A DNA stretch of 64,000 bases from Octopus vulgaris. Taxonomy: Eukaryota. The notes under the pieces were generated by a model. That model saw only the letters and a list, made by a program, of their open reading frames with translations. It ran no database searches and had not been told where the DNA came from. Below, piece after piece: positions 10,869-24,003 of the stretch. Position 1 is the first letter of the stretch; each line of letters opens with the position of its first letter. Position numbers and translations under genes: made by a program. Location: the NCBI GenBank assembly GCA_951406725.2, contig OX597834.1, positions 37,634,001-37,698,000 on the forward strand, given 5' to 3'.

Positions 10869-12614
10869 TTAAAAAAAATTCGTTAACATATACAGGTCTT
10901 CTCAGAATTAATGTTAATAAACTCTAACAATATCTATACGCAGCGTTGCATTATTCTTAACATTTACTCACTGTGTCACTATATAGACAATATTTACATA
11001 TTGTGTGTGTACGTATAATCAGAGTGGCAAATTTTAATGAACATCTGTATACTAACATTTTTATGTCCTACGGCCATTTCAAATATTGATTTACAAATAC
11101 ACTCACTCACACACACCGACATATACACACTGATAATTTATACATGTATATATACACACACATACATACATATATATTTATACATTTATATATACACACA
11201 CGTACATACATATACATTTATATATACACACACGTACATACATATACATTTATACATAAATATGTATACACACAGACATACATTTATACATATATATATA
11301 TACACATACATACACATTTATACACATATATATGTACACACACAGACATACATTTATACATATATATATACACACACAGACATACATTTATACATAAATA
11401 TATACACACACACTCATACTTACACACATATACATTTATAAATGTATATATATATACACACACACACAAACACGTCCAAATATCAAAACACGTAAACATA
11501 CACATCTATACATGTATATACACACACATACAAACACATACATCTATACATATATACACACACAGAAAAAAACTTAAGCTGAAACTAATTATTTTTATTG
11601 ATTAATTATTGGCACGCTTAAACACATACACTGACTTACACACACATATGAACACATCTCCACTCTTAAAAATTCACACACATACACACACACACATAAA
11701 CGCACACATGTTCCCGTACACTAAAGAGATTGTATTAGAAATAAACAGCCGTTTTAAAATACGTGAATTCAGGCTCACATATATAATATACTCGTGTATC
11801 TGAACAGGTATCCTTCATACATAGTTTCATATATATATGTACGTGTGGGAAATGTTTCCATTTCAACCTATATAGTATCTTTATAGACGGAGCTAATTTA
11901 ATATACTCATGTGTTTGCGCCTATGTATACCCATATGTGTATATATCTTTCAGCATGGACAAACGCATGTGTGTGTTAGCATATGTATTTATATGTGTAC
12001 TTGTCTGGATTGGAATGTCTGTGTTTTATACATACATTTATGTAAGAATGTGATAGTTCACTAGAACAGTAGTGACCCCAGGCGGGATTAAAGAACTCGT
12101 GATTTGATAACCGCAGAGTAAATTAAATTTATTGAAATTTTTGTTGACAAATGTACATCTGTTTCGCTCCACTAAGCTTCTCGAAACACTGGCTATTAGT
12201 TTGGATTGACTGAAATACATTGACAAGTAGGTGATGAATAGTAGGAAAGGAAAAAAAAAAAAAAAAGAGTCGAGCAGAGTTTAGTTTAGTTGATCATTTA
12301 GTTATTTATCTATTTTGTTAAAAAGATAAATTGTTTTCTTGTATACGTGAACGGAAAGAGAAAAAGACGGGGAGGGGGGAACGTTAGCGGAGATATTTAT
12401 TTAGAGAGAGGGAGAATGGTCTAAAGTTTGGCAGGATATAGAAGTAGAGGTTGGCGTGTTGTTTCTACAAATATTTAAGCAAGTTTCTATAAAGTGTCTT
12501 GTGATTAATTAAGAATCTTATGGAGGAATTTGAGCGTGATTTGTACATAAACGAATATGATGCACTTAAGTATTTATGTATATTCGTAAATACGTGAGAA
12601 GACCAATGAAAGTA

Positions 12615-12945
12615 AGAAATGGCACTCCGTCGGTTACAACGATGAGGAGGTCCAGTTGAGCCGATCAACGGAACAGCCTGCTCGTCAAATTTACGTGCAA
12701 CTGGTTGAGCACTCCATAGACACGCCTGCCCTCAACGTAGTTCTCTAGGAAGATTCAGTGTGATACAAAATGCGACGAGGCTGACCTCTTTGGAATGCAG
12801 GTGCTATTCGTGTTTGCCATCTGAGTGGACTGAAGCAACGTGAAATAAAGTGTCTTGCTCAAGGACACAACACATTACCGGGAATCGAACTCATGACCTT
12901 ACGATCGTGCGTGAGCCGAGTACTCTAACCACTAAGTCAGACGCC
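12615..12945 (-). mobile_element. SINE family 3
   Basis: Shares GCACTCCGTCGGTTAC...CAACGGAACAGCCTGCTCG tail with 25691-26078. Confidence 0.8.
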
Positions 12946-12975
12946 TTGAAAAACGTATGAACACATTGGCAGGTA

Positions 12976-13210
12976 CAGAGTAATGCCTCGATATACGAGT
13001 TAAATTGTTCCCGAAGACCGTTCGTAAAACGAAAACTTCTAAAGCAGAGCAACAATTTCCCAAGGTAGCAATGTTATAAATCGTAATTCGTTTCCAGAAA
13101 AAAATATTTCACCTATAGAATTTATAATACTCATAAGGAAAAGGCAATAAAACAACAGCAGAATGTAAAGAATATTTTATGTTAAGTAAAAAGAATGTCA
13201 AGATCATTTA
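12976..13210 (+). mobile_element. Tigger/pogo-like DNA transposon 5' end
   Basis: TACAG(A)GTAATGCCTCGATATACGAGTT start with repeated TCGTAA subterminal motifs. Confidence 0.45.
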
Positions 13211-13223
13211 TAACGGAAAAATA

Positions 13224-13496
13224 TTCCTTTCTAGTCTAGGCACAAGGCCCGAGATTTTGGGGAAGGGGGCCAGTCGATTAGATCGAGCTCAGTACGCAAC
13301 TAGTACTTAATTTATCGACCCCGAAAGTATGAAAGGCAAAGTCGACCTCAGTGGGATTTTAACTCAGAACATAACGGCAGACGAAATACCTATTTCTTTA
13401 CTACCCACAAGGGGCTAAATACAGAGAGGACAAAACAAGGACAGACAAACGGATTAAGTCAATTACATCGACCCCAGTGCGTAACTGGTACTTAAT
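13224..13496 (-). mobile_element. SINE family 1 tandem units with two tail types
   Basis: GGCACAAGGCCC..GGGGAAGGGGG tail unit joined to CCCACAAGGGG tail unit. Confidence 0.85.
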
Positions 13497-14355
13497 TCAT
13501 AGACAGGTACACGTTGATAGATGTATACATGTCCGTGTGTGCACGTAGACACGTGTACACAAGTATATATACACAGAGATGTGCTCGCAAAAAGAGGTGT
13601 ATAAACAATTTTATTCATATATCTCGAAATGGCAGCTTGCACAAAATTTTGCAAATGTATGCATATAGTATAGATATACATATACACACGCATACACATA
13701 GATACACACACACACACACTCACATATAACACATACTTTCCAAATCCAGACAACTACATATATGCACACACACATGCATATGCATTTATCCATGCGGAAA
13801 GATATATACGTATATATATATATATATATATATGCATACATATGAACAAACACACAATTATACACAATTATACATGCACACTGAAATGGGAAATGTACAT
13901 TCACAGACTTATGGGCATACACATGTAAAATATGCACATACATAGTCACTCAGCTGTGCATACAAGTTCACATAAACACAGTCATTGTTACACACCCGTG
14001 AACTTATATTGGAAGCATTTTTATTTCGTATTCACACGGAAATCCAATTGAGAATGTAGTGTAATTGTATTATCCGCAGATGCGGTATGACGCCCAAAGA
14101 TGTGCAGAAAGTCAGTCAGTGTTTAGAACACACAAACAGAGAAACGACTGCGTAATTACGAGTACATGTAGGTACATATGCGAAAGAGGGGTATAATCAA
14201 AAGTGAAGCTGATGTAGTTATTAATACAGATAGACATACGCGAAAATACAAAAGGAAGTATGAGGCATTATTTTGCAAACTATGGTTTTTAAAATAAGAT
14301 TATCTTTTGTACAAATTTAAACTAGAATGTATGTCATGCTGCTTTAATCATCTTG

Positions 14356-14421
<66 letters not shown>

Positions 14422-14585
14422 CAGATCTATGGTTTAAAATTTCAGCGTTTTATATCTTTTATGTGAACAGGAAGCCACATAAGAAGGACTGTTGGCAAAT
14501 AGCATTTCAAAGCCCTGGGTGTTGGAAAGTTGGTTTTTTTTCTTATTATTATAGTCATTTGATTTGTCTAAGGGTAAAATTTTCT

Positions 14586-14725
14586 ATTGGGTTGGTGCAT
14601 AATTATTGCGGGTTTTAACAAATTTTATTCAATAAAAACAATAATAATATTTAACAAAACATCTTTAAATTACGGTCTGATTGTCTGCCAACCAAATGGG
14701 AAGCAGTAATTGAAGTAGATGATTT
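14586..14725. mobile_element. mariner-derived MITE fragment
   Basis: TATTGGGTTGGTGCATAATTATTGCGG TIR-like start; LPTKWEAVIEVD-like remnant. Confidence 0.55.
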
Positions 14726-14819
14726 AAAGATGATTTTGTAACATACTGTTATTGTTTTTGCTGATTAAATTTCAACTAAATATAACATTTGAGCACTTGT
14801 TTTCTTTATTCAAAACTCA

Positions 14820-15712
14820 GCCACGATCACAAGTTATGTCGATGATACAAAAGTCTCACAGGTAATACAGAATCCTGAAGACACTATGCACCTGCAATGT
14901 GAGCTGAATGAAATATACAAGTGGACTGAAAAGAATAACATGCAGTTTAATGCTGAAAAGTTTCAAGCCTTGTGCTATCAGCATGCAAAACTAAAGGCAA
15001 TATCCATTCAATACACTGGACCTGGAGGGATTGCAATCCCAGAAGCACAGTCAGTGCGAGACCTGGGTATTTACATGAGTAATGATACATCCTTCCATGT
15101 GCATGTTGCTAAATTGGCAATGAAATGCAGGCGGCTGACCGGATGGATTCTTAGAACTTTGAAAACAAGAAATCAGGAAACCATGATGGTTCTCTGGAGG
15201 ACACTTGTCCTAAGCCACTTTGACTATTGCTCTCCGCTATGGTCACCAACCAGTGTCAAATTAATCTACGAAGATGATAGCCTCTATGCAGCATATAAGC
15301 TACTGGGAAAGACTCAAGAGATTAAAACTCTATTCCTTAGGGCGTAGGCGAGAAAGATATGCAATAATAAACATCTGGAAGATCATGGAAAGAATTATCC
15401 CAAGCTTTGGCATCGAGAGTTACACAAATACTAGAACTGGGCGCCACTGCATAGTGACAAGGACTCCAAATTTGCCATCAATATATAGGACAAGATACTG
15501 CAATAGCCAAAGCTTCAGGGGTCCACAGCTCCTCAATATTCTCCCGAAGGTATCTTCAAAATTAAGATGGACATCTTACTGTCAAGTGTCCCAGATGAGC
15601 CAACCTCGCAACAGGAAGTGCAGTAGAGGGCATTCGTTAAATAAAATTAGGTAGCAACACCAAATGGCGGTGCCCCAGCATGGCCACAGTTCGTGAGCTG
15701 AAACTAGATACA
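14820..15712 (+). mobile_element. CR1/L2-group LINE, 3' RT fragment (frameshifted) with 3' tail
   Basis: SYVDDTKV (YADD), W..KNNMQFNAEKF, VRDLG, LVLSHFDYCSPLWSP, SYWERLKRLKLYSL.RRRER; ends GGCGGTGCCCCAGCATGGCCACAG. Confidence 0.92.
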
Positions 15713-15797
15713 AACATATATATATATATACATATGTATATATATATATATATATATACATATGTATATATATATATATATATACATATGAAAAAAA

Positions 15798-15828
<31 letters not shown>

Positions 15829-15835
15829 CATATGC

Positions 15836-15867
<32 letters not shown>

Positions 15868-16251
15868 ATATACATATATATATATACATATATATATATG
15901 TATATGTATATATATACATATATATATATGCATATGTATATATATACATATATATGCATATATATAAATATACAGATATACATACATATGCATATATATA
16001 CATATACACATATATGCATATATATACATATACACATATATGCATATATATATATACATATGCACATATATGCATATATATATGTATATATATATATATA
16101 TATATACATATGCACATATACATACATATGCATATATATACATATGCATACATATATACATATACACATATATATATATACATAGTTATACATATATACA
16201 TATATATATACTTACATATATATATATGCATATACAAGTATACATAAAGAC

Positions 16252-16282
<31 letters not shown>

Positions 16283-16294
16283 GCATATACATGT

Positions 16295-16341
<47 letters not shown>

Positions 16342-16368
16342 TGTATACATATATATATATATAAATAT

Positions 16369-16415
<47 letters not shown>

Positions 16416-16442
16416 TGTATACATATATATATATATAAATAT

Positions 16443-16515
<73 letters not shown>

Positions 16516-16827
16516 AAAATTACTAATAACCCTCGGCATTTTCAAATTTTATAATGGAAATTGATGATGGGAAGTAAGTAAATTAAATACTTTAATCTCG
16601 AAACGCGTATGTTGTTAATCGACGTCGTGTTGATTCATTATTTTTCTCTTTGCCTACGTAAAAAAAGCGTGTTACTGTCTGGGAGATTCTCACGGTAGTA
16701 GAAAACGAATTTTTAACCCCATATTTCTAAATTCGGTATGTGGTGAAGCAATTATCTGAGCCCTAATTATAATTATGTTTATAATTATAGAGTATATATG
16801 CATACTTGCATACATAAAGACACACAG

Positions 16828-16885
<58 letters not shown>

Positions 16886-17421
16886 GCATATATATATAGG
16901 CATATATGTACAGATGCATTTATACATATATATATATATATACATATATATGCATCTATACATATATATACATATATATGCATCTATACATATATATATA
17001 CATATATATGCATCTATACATATATATACATATATATGCATCTATACATATATATATATATACATATATATGCATCTATACATATATATATATATACATA
17101 TATATGCATCTATACATATATATACATATATATGCATCTATACATATATATGCATCTATACATATATATATATATACATATATATGCATCTATACATATA
17201 TATATATATACATATATATGCATCTATACATATATATATATATACATATATATGCATCTATACATATATATATATATACATATATATGCATCTATACATA
17301 TATATATATACATATATATGCATCTATACATATATATATATACATATATATGCATCTATACATATATATATATACATATATATGCATCTATACATATATA
17401 TATATACATATATATGCATCT

Positions 17422-17467
<46 letters not shown>
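15713..17467. repeat. Large (TA)n-derived microsatellite/minisatellite field, including a ~30-bp TATATGCATCTATACATATA tandem (16940-17430)
   Basis: Direct inspection. Confidence 0.9.
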
Positions 17468-17469
<2 letters not shown>

Positions 17470-17516
17470 GAGTAAACACATAAATGTGAAACAAGGTGGA
17501 AAAAGAGTACTCAAAC

Positions 17517-17552
17517 TGTCCGACGAATGGGAACGTGAAACTCAGAGTAACA
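17517..17552 (+). ncRNA. Minimal hammerhead ribozyme motif (CCGACGA core) in a ~120-bp TA-flanked element (17468-17588)
   Basis: TGT-CCGACGA-ATG-GGAA-CGT-GAAA-CTC-A-GAG-TA-ACA. Confidence 0.7.
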
Positions 17553-17584
17553 TATTTTGTTGAATTTCTGCTGATTTAAATAAA

Positions 17585-17621
<37 letters not shown>

Positions 17622-17682
17622 TATGCATATACATCTTTGCATATACTTATGTATAGGCATATAAATATACATAAATTATATA

Positions 17683-17728
<46 letters not shown>

Positions 17729-17861
17729 GGCTGCTTTATTTTACTGGAAAGTAACACATTAGTATTGCAATATTTACTTTTCATTGAAAACTTTTTCACT
17801 GTTCTCGTTCTGTTAACACTTAGCGTTGATGTGGCAACATTTGAAATATTGTCTGGGTAAA

Positions 17862-17928
17862 TGCAGCTGATGAAGACTAATCAAATTTACGTTGTCAAAA
17901 GTATTTGAAGAGTCAGAAACCGGTCTGA
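17862..17928 (+). ncRNA. Hammerhead-like motif, possibly inactivated
   Basis: CAG-CTGATGA-a-GACT..TCAAAT..ATTTGA..AGTC-a-GAAA-CCGG-T-CTG; one C appears to be missing at the cleavage site. Confidence 0.55.
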
Positions 17929-17930
17929 CT

Positions 17931-18555
17931 GTTATATCTGGCTGCCCAGTCCTGGCTAAGAAGGTATATATTCCCAGACACGACAGAGTTTGGACCTACA
18001 TGCACTGGAAGCTATTCCAACACTATGGAATAACAACAGAAAAAAGACGGTATAAGCATACGCCAGAAGAAGTCGCAGAAAACGAAATAGCAACCATACT
18101 ATGGGATATGCCAAAACACAGATAGAGAAATTAAGGCCAATAGACCAGATATAGTTGTCAGAGATCATGAAGAAAAACATGCTTTCTAATTGATGTATCA
18201 ATACCAGCAGATGACAACGTTTCTCTAAAAGAAATGGAGAAACTTTCAAAACACAAAGACCTGGAAATAGAGGTAACTTGAATATGGAATCTAAAAACAG
18301 AAACAATTCCTATCATAGTAGGCGCATTTGGTATGATAAAAAATGTTCAGAAAAATTCATAACAAAAACACCAGGACTTACAAGTACATATAACATACAG
18401 AAAATAGCACTACTGGGCACCTAACACATCCTACGTAAAACACTTTCAATAGAGTAACCATAAGAGCATCACAGCAAACCACAGTACATATCTAAGGCAC
18501 ACAGAGCTGCGCTCGGTATTGTAGTGAAAGCACGTGATAAAAACAAGACTACTGA
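17931..18555 (+). mobile_element. R4/Dong-clade non-LTR retrotransposon 3' fragment (restriction-like endonuclease)
   Basis: ISGCPVLAKKVY..RHD, ILWD, ANRPDIVV, LIDVSIPADDNV..KE.EK.SK.KDL, IPIIVGA.G, IQKIALLGT; ends in (TAA)n. Confidence 0.92.
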
Positions 18556-18563
18556 ATAATAAC

Positions 18564-18612
<49 letters not shown>

Positions 18613-18616
<4 letters not shown>

Positions 18617-18872
18617 AGAGAGTAGACGTGATACCAATAGTAACTGGTGTACTTGGAAGTATCAGCAGTTAACTACCAACATGGCTGAAAAAAACCTGTG
18701 CAAGTGTGAAGGTAGAACACCTACATAAATCAGAATTGCTTGGAACTACAAGAAGAAGTCTTCGCAGGGTTATTGAAGCATGACCAGTAAACGAACGTCA
18801 CCTTAGTCTGCTGGTTGTGGACAGCTGATACTTTCCATCATACCCAGCAATATAAGCTGTGAATTTTATTGC

Positions 18873-18873
<1 letters not shown>
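18613..18873 (+). mobile_element. Second R4/Dong family, 5'-truncated, inside a (TAA)n array
   Basis: VDVIPIVTGVLGS..LPTWL..VEHLHKSELLGT..LRRVIEA*; TAA repeats on both sides. Confidence 0.85.
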
Positions 18874-18916
<43 letters not shown>

Positions 18917-18917
<1 letters not shown>

Positions 18918-19128
18918 CCTTTCTACTGTTGGCACAAGGCCTCATATTTGTGGGGAGGGGACTAGTCGATTACATCGACTCCAGTGTTTTACTCGGATTT
19001 AATTTATCGACCCTGAAAGGATGAAAGGCAATGTCAGCCTCGCTGGAATTTGAATTCGTAACGTAGCGGCGAACGAAATTACCGCTAAGCATGTCGTCCA
19101 GTGTGCTAACGATTCTGCCAGCTCGACG
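18917..19128 (-). mobile_element. SINE family 1
   Basis: Similarity to other copies. Confidence 0.85.
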
Positions 19129-19134
19129 GTTTTT

Positions 19135-19165
<31 letters not shown>

Positions 19166-19239
19166 TGATGATGATGATGATGACATTAATAATAATAAGG
19201 ATGACAACCATAATAATAATAATAATCATTATTAATATA

Positions 19240-19780
19240 AAAGTGAAAGTGTTCTTTAAGTTAAATATAATTACATATAACATATATTTACTGATTTATC
19301 CTGTCATTTTTTATGGTGTTTTATTAGTTTAATCACTGGTTTTGTTCAATGTTGTGCTGTGCTTACAAGTGAAATAAGATATGGAGATATGAGTGGTTGC
19401 ATTCTATCAACGATTTCAAGGTCATTTTATCATCGTATCTGTGCGTGGTAATATCATTTAAAAGGTTTCGTTCCGATTTCTTATAAGTGCTGGCTATAGA
19501 ATTAGATAAGAATATGTGATATAGAGTTTCGCTAATTTTATTCACTTTCTTGTATTAGCTGAATCTACGAAGATTGTATGCTTCGTTTTGTTTTGTTCTT
19601 TTTCCACATCAGTAATTTTGCTTTCAAATTCCTGAGAAAGTTATTGTTAAATTTTATGAATTTGACGTTCCTAATTAACAAAAAAAAAAAATCCTTTCTT
19701 CAAAAGGTTGGAGTATTTATTAAAAAGGTGGGGCATTTCGCGTAGGTGGTATCTATGTATGTTTAAAATATTGTTCTTGT
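19240..19780 (-). pseudogene. Decayed Penelope-like (Naiad-type) element ORF, region N-terminal to RT
   Basis: Minus translation LIRNVKFIKFNNNF.RNLK and TIFVDSANTRKVNKISETLYHIFLSNSIASTYKKS resemble PLE motifs ADKT..Y..LL...IT.TYKK. Confidence 0.6.
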
Positions 19781-19948
19781 AGGTATAATTGTCAAACAAG
19801 AATGAGAATCAAGTTAGAATTTTCATAATAAATTGATTGGCATGAAACACTGAAGCTGAAATAAAATATTTCAGACACAGAATGTCAACAATCTTGGTAA
19901 AATTGCCATACACGCACACTGTCACACACTCATGCACACACAAAAATG

Positions 19949-20005
<57 letters not shown>

Positions 20006-20007
<2 letters not shown>

Positions 20008-20357
20008 GCTCAGTGTGAGCAATCATCTGAAAGTTTTTTGTGCATTTTTATGTTGACATAAGTTCCTTGCTTTTCCTGATGAGAAAGCGGCATAATGCAC
20101 CCCTTATTCCTTCGCAATTAGGAATATGCAGCCTTCGAAACATATGTCGAAAATAAAGGAATTTTGTTAATTCGTCGTTCAGCTCCATTTTTTCATATAT
20201 TTATATTTTCAAAATAAACATACAAATTTCCACACGAAAGCACGTAATCTATGCCCTAGGCACGTAACTTCAACCGTGTTTTTTTTAATGTGAATTTGCT
20301 ACCCAGGTATCGGTTAATTCGAATTATCCTTAATAAGATAATTCATTCAACTACTCA
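20006..20357 (+). mobile_element. (TA)n-embedded non-autonomous PLE-like element
   Basis: Sharp boundaries with TA tracts on both sides; carries a canonical hammerhead. Confidence 0.7.
20071..20153 (+). ncRNA. Type-I hammerhead ribozyme motif (canonical core)
   Basis: TTTTC-CTGATGA-GAAAG...CCTTC-GAAA-CATATG-TC-GAAAA; palindromic stem III, GUC triplet. Confidence 0.85.
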
Positions 20358-20719
20358 ATATATATATATATATATATGTGCATATGTGTGTGTGTTTGTG
20401 TGCATGTCATTTATTTAGGATGATCTGGGTCAGTTTAAAACTGATACACACAGCTCTAGTATTGAGTACTTCCAGTACAGTTATCCTCTTCGTTATAACA
20501 GCCGTATATGTACATTCACATATATCTATGTGTGTGTATGATGCCTTAACCTCCTACACTTCGGACTTACTACTGCCTGAACTTTCTGCACATCTCATCT
20601 ACATACCAGCAATCCACTGAGTTTACCATTCGATTTACTAATGGATTCCACTGGACTTTTCCGTTGATTAAAAATCGATCCAATACATCACGGCGTTTGA
20701 ACCTTTCTGGACTATTTTG

Positions 20720-20886
20720 AATTTTCTGTTTTTTCTTACTCTATTTATTTTCGTGTGTTCCTTTCCGTTGAAGAGCGTATGCTCGAAACATAAAAGACTT
20801 TCTCACTTTCCAGAGCGTCAAACTAATATACCCGCTTGTTGTTCATACACCTACCTTCGTCTTTTGTTTTTCTAAAAATTTCAACT
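20720..20886 (+). mobile_element. TA-tailed PLE-like element family B, with hammerhead-like motif at 20761-20796
   Basis: Homologous to 38727-38897 and 39256-39472; CTTT-CCGTTGA-A-GAGC-GTAT-GCTC-GAAA-CA-TA-AAAG. Confidence 0.7.
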
Positions 20887-21017
20887 ATATATATATATAT
20901 ATACACACATTCACGTCAAGCAAACATATAAACAAACCTACATATACATAAATATATAAAGGGATATATGTAAATATATTTTGTAATATGATATATATAT
21001 TATAAATATACATACAT

Positions 21018-21227
21018 ACTCTTTTACTCTTTTGCTTGTTTCAGTCATTTGACTGCGGCCATGCTGGAGCACCGCCTTTAGTCGAGCAAATCGACCCCGG
21101 GACTTATTCTTTGTAAGCCCGGTACTTATTCTATCGGTCTCTTCTGCCGAACCGCTAAGTGACGGGGACGTAACCACACCAGCATCAGTTGTTAAGCAAT
21201 GCTAGGGGGACAAACACAGACACACAA

Positions 21228-21260
<33 letters not shown>

Positions 21261-21400
21261 CATATATACGACAGGCTTCTTTCAGTTTCCGGCCCGAGGT
21301 TATAGCAGAAGACACTTGCCCAAGATGCCACGCAGTGGGACTGAACCCGGAACCATGTGGTTGGTTAGCAAGCTACTTACCACACAGCCACTCCCGCGCC
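21018..21400 (-). mobile_element. CORE-type SINE, family 2
   Basis: Head to (AAAAGAGT)n tail. Confidence 0.9.
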
Positions 21401-21551
21401 TATACATACATATATATATATATATAATACTTATATGTATATATTATACTACATATATATCTATATATCTTCATATATATATATATATATATATTATACA
21501 TATGTAGTATATATATAAATATATATGTATATATAATATAACATATATGTG

Positions 21552-21583
<32 letters not shown>

Positions 21584-21846
21584 TGCATAAATACATACAT
21601 AAGCACAAGTAATATCGAATGGCGAACGTACAAACTGCAGCGATAAAAACGTCACCATGATGAATATGGTTGAGCTGTCTCTGGAGAAGCTAAAGAAGTC
21701 CCAAAAACGTCATCGATGCAGTTCAATACGTAGAACTGATAAGTTATCAGCATTTTACCGTTCTACTGAGAATCTGTGGTCAGTTTAGTTATCTCGCTGG
21801 CGCATTCGAACTCTTATCTCAATGCGTCTTTCCTTCTACACACACA

Positions 21847-21898
<52 letters not shown>

Positions 21899-22075
21899 CA
21901 CACACACAAAGAGAGGGAGAGAGAGGGGGAGTAAAAAATATTTACATAAATAACACGAGTAAAATTTGAGAAAAAAATTAAGAAACAAACAAGTAAGAGA
22001 ATACAAGAACCACTTGAAGTGAGAAAAGCGAAAAGTTGTCTGAGAAAAGTGGAAACACATTTTGGGAAGACTGAA

Positions 22076-22118
<43 letters not shown>

Positions 22119-22120
22119 CA

Positions 22121-22154
<34 letters not shown>

Positions 22155-22157
22155 CAT

Positions 22158-22196
<39 letters not shown>

Positions 22197-22254
22197 CATA
22201 CATAAATGCATACATATATATATATATATATATATATACATACATACATAAATG

Positions 22255-22290
<36 letters not shown>

Positions 22291-22344
22291 CATAAATGCA
22301 TACATATATATATATATATATATACATACATACATACATAAATG

Positions 22345-22382
<38 letters not shown>

Positions 22383-23045
22383 CATAAATAAATGCATACA
22401 TATATATATATATATATATATATACATACATAGGTACGTACATATATGTTTATATATATGCATATGTTTTATTTCATTTATTAATATATATATATATACA
22501 TACATACATACATATGCATACACGCACGCACGCATATATATATATACACACACATACACGCTTAAATATATACATGCACACTATATACAAATACACACTC
22601 ACACATATACACATATATATTTATCTACACACATGTATACATACACATTCACACATATACACACTCACACACACACACACACACATACACACACACATAT
22701 ATATATATATATATAAATACATACATACACATGCATACAAAGACATACACAGACACACACATACACACTTATACATAAACACACATACATGTATTCCTGC
22801 GTGCACACACCTACACACATATATTCGCGAGTGCACACACCCACACATATATACGCACGTGCATTAAAATACAAATGGGCGATTATGGGTTCACACCATT
22901 GTTGTGAACTCTCGTAATGCGACCGAGATACTCAAACTTGCAAGACTCAAACAGCCTTTATCCAAAGTTTAATCTGTGTGAATCACTACATGGAGATTTG
23001 CGCTCTCGGAGCTCGCAGATAAAGAAATCAACAGTGTGGGTGTGC

Positions 23046-23101
<56 letters not shown>

Positions 23102-23387
23102 AAGAGATAGAGAGAGAAAGAGAGAGAGAGAGAGTGTGAGAGAGTATATGCATAAGGCAGATGTAGGACAAAATAATGCTGCCAGATCGAAACTTTTCAC
23201 TCCATACATGGAAATATCTCCAGCAGGCTAGACCGAGAACAGAGAAGAATGTATGTCAATAAAAAACCAGCCAGCATCTTAGATTTGCTGATAATCTAAT
23301 GCTGATAAGAGACTGTCTAGAAGAAGCTGAGAGAAGGCTGAAAGAATTATGGAGCTGAAGCAAAAACCTTCCGAGTGGTTATGCTTT

Positions 23388-24003
23388 TCTTTTCTACTTT
23401 AGGCACAAGGTGATAAATTTGGAGGGAGGGGGCCTGTCGATTACATCGACCCCAGTACTTAACTGGTACTTAATCTATCGAGCCCGAAAAGATGAAAAGC
23501 AAAGTTGACCTCGGCGGAATTTGAACTTAGAACTTAAAGACAGACGAAATACTGCTAAGCATTTCACCCGGCGTGCTAACGTTTCTTACGTCTTTATTGC
23601 CACAAGGGGCTAAACATAGAGGGAACAAACAAGGAGAGATAAAGGGATTAAGTTGATTACATCGACCCCTAGTGTGTAACTGGTACTTAATTTATCGACC
23701 CCGAAAGGATGAAAGGCAAAGTCGACCTCGGCGGATTTTGAACTCAGAACATAAAAACAGACGAAATACCTATTTCTTTACTACCCACAAAGGGCTAAAC
23801 ACAGAGGGGACAAACAAGGACAGACACATGGATTAAATCGATTACATCGACCCCAGTGCGTAACTGGTACTTATTTAATCGACCCCGAAAGGATGAAAGG
23901 CAAAGTCGACCTCGGCGGAATTTGAACTCAGAACATAACGGCAGACGAAATACCGCTACGCATTTCGCCCGGCGTGCTAACGTTTCTGCCAGCTCGCCGC
24001 CTT
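23388..24003 (-). mobile_element. SINE family 1, head-to-tail trimer
   Basis: Three consecutive cores GAAAGG/AATGAAAGG/ACAAAGT(C/T)GACCTCGGCGG. Confidence 0.9.

Noticed and set aside
21657-21739. ATGATGA...CTGA C/D-box snoRNA-like spacing
   Set aside because: No terminal stem and no identifiable rRNA-complementary guide.
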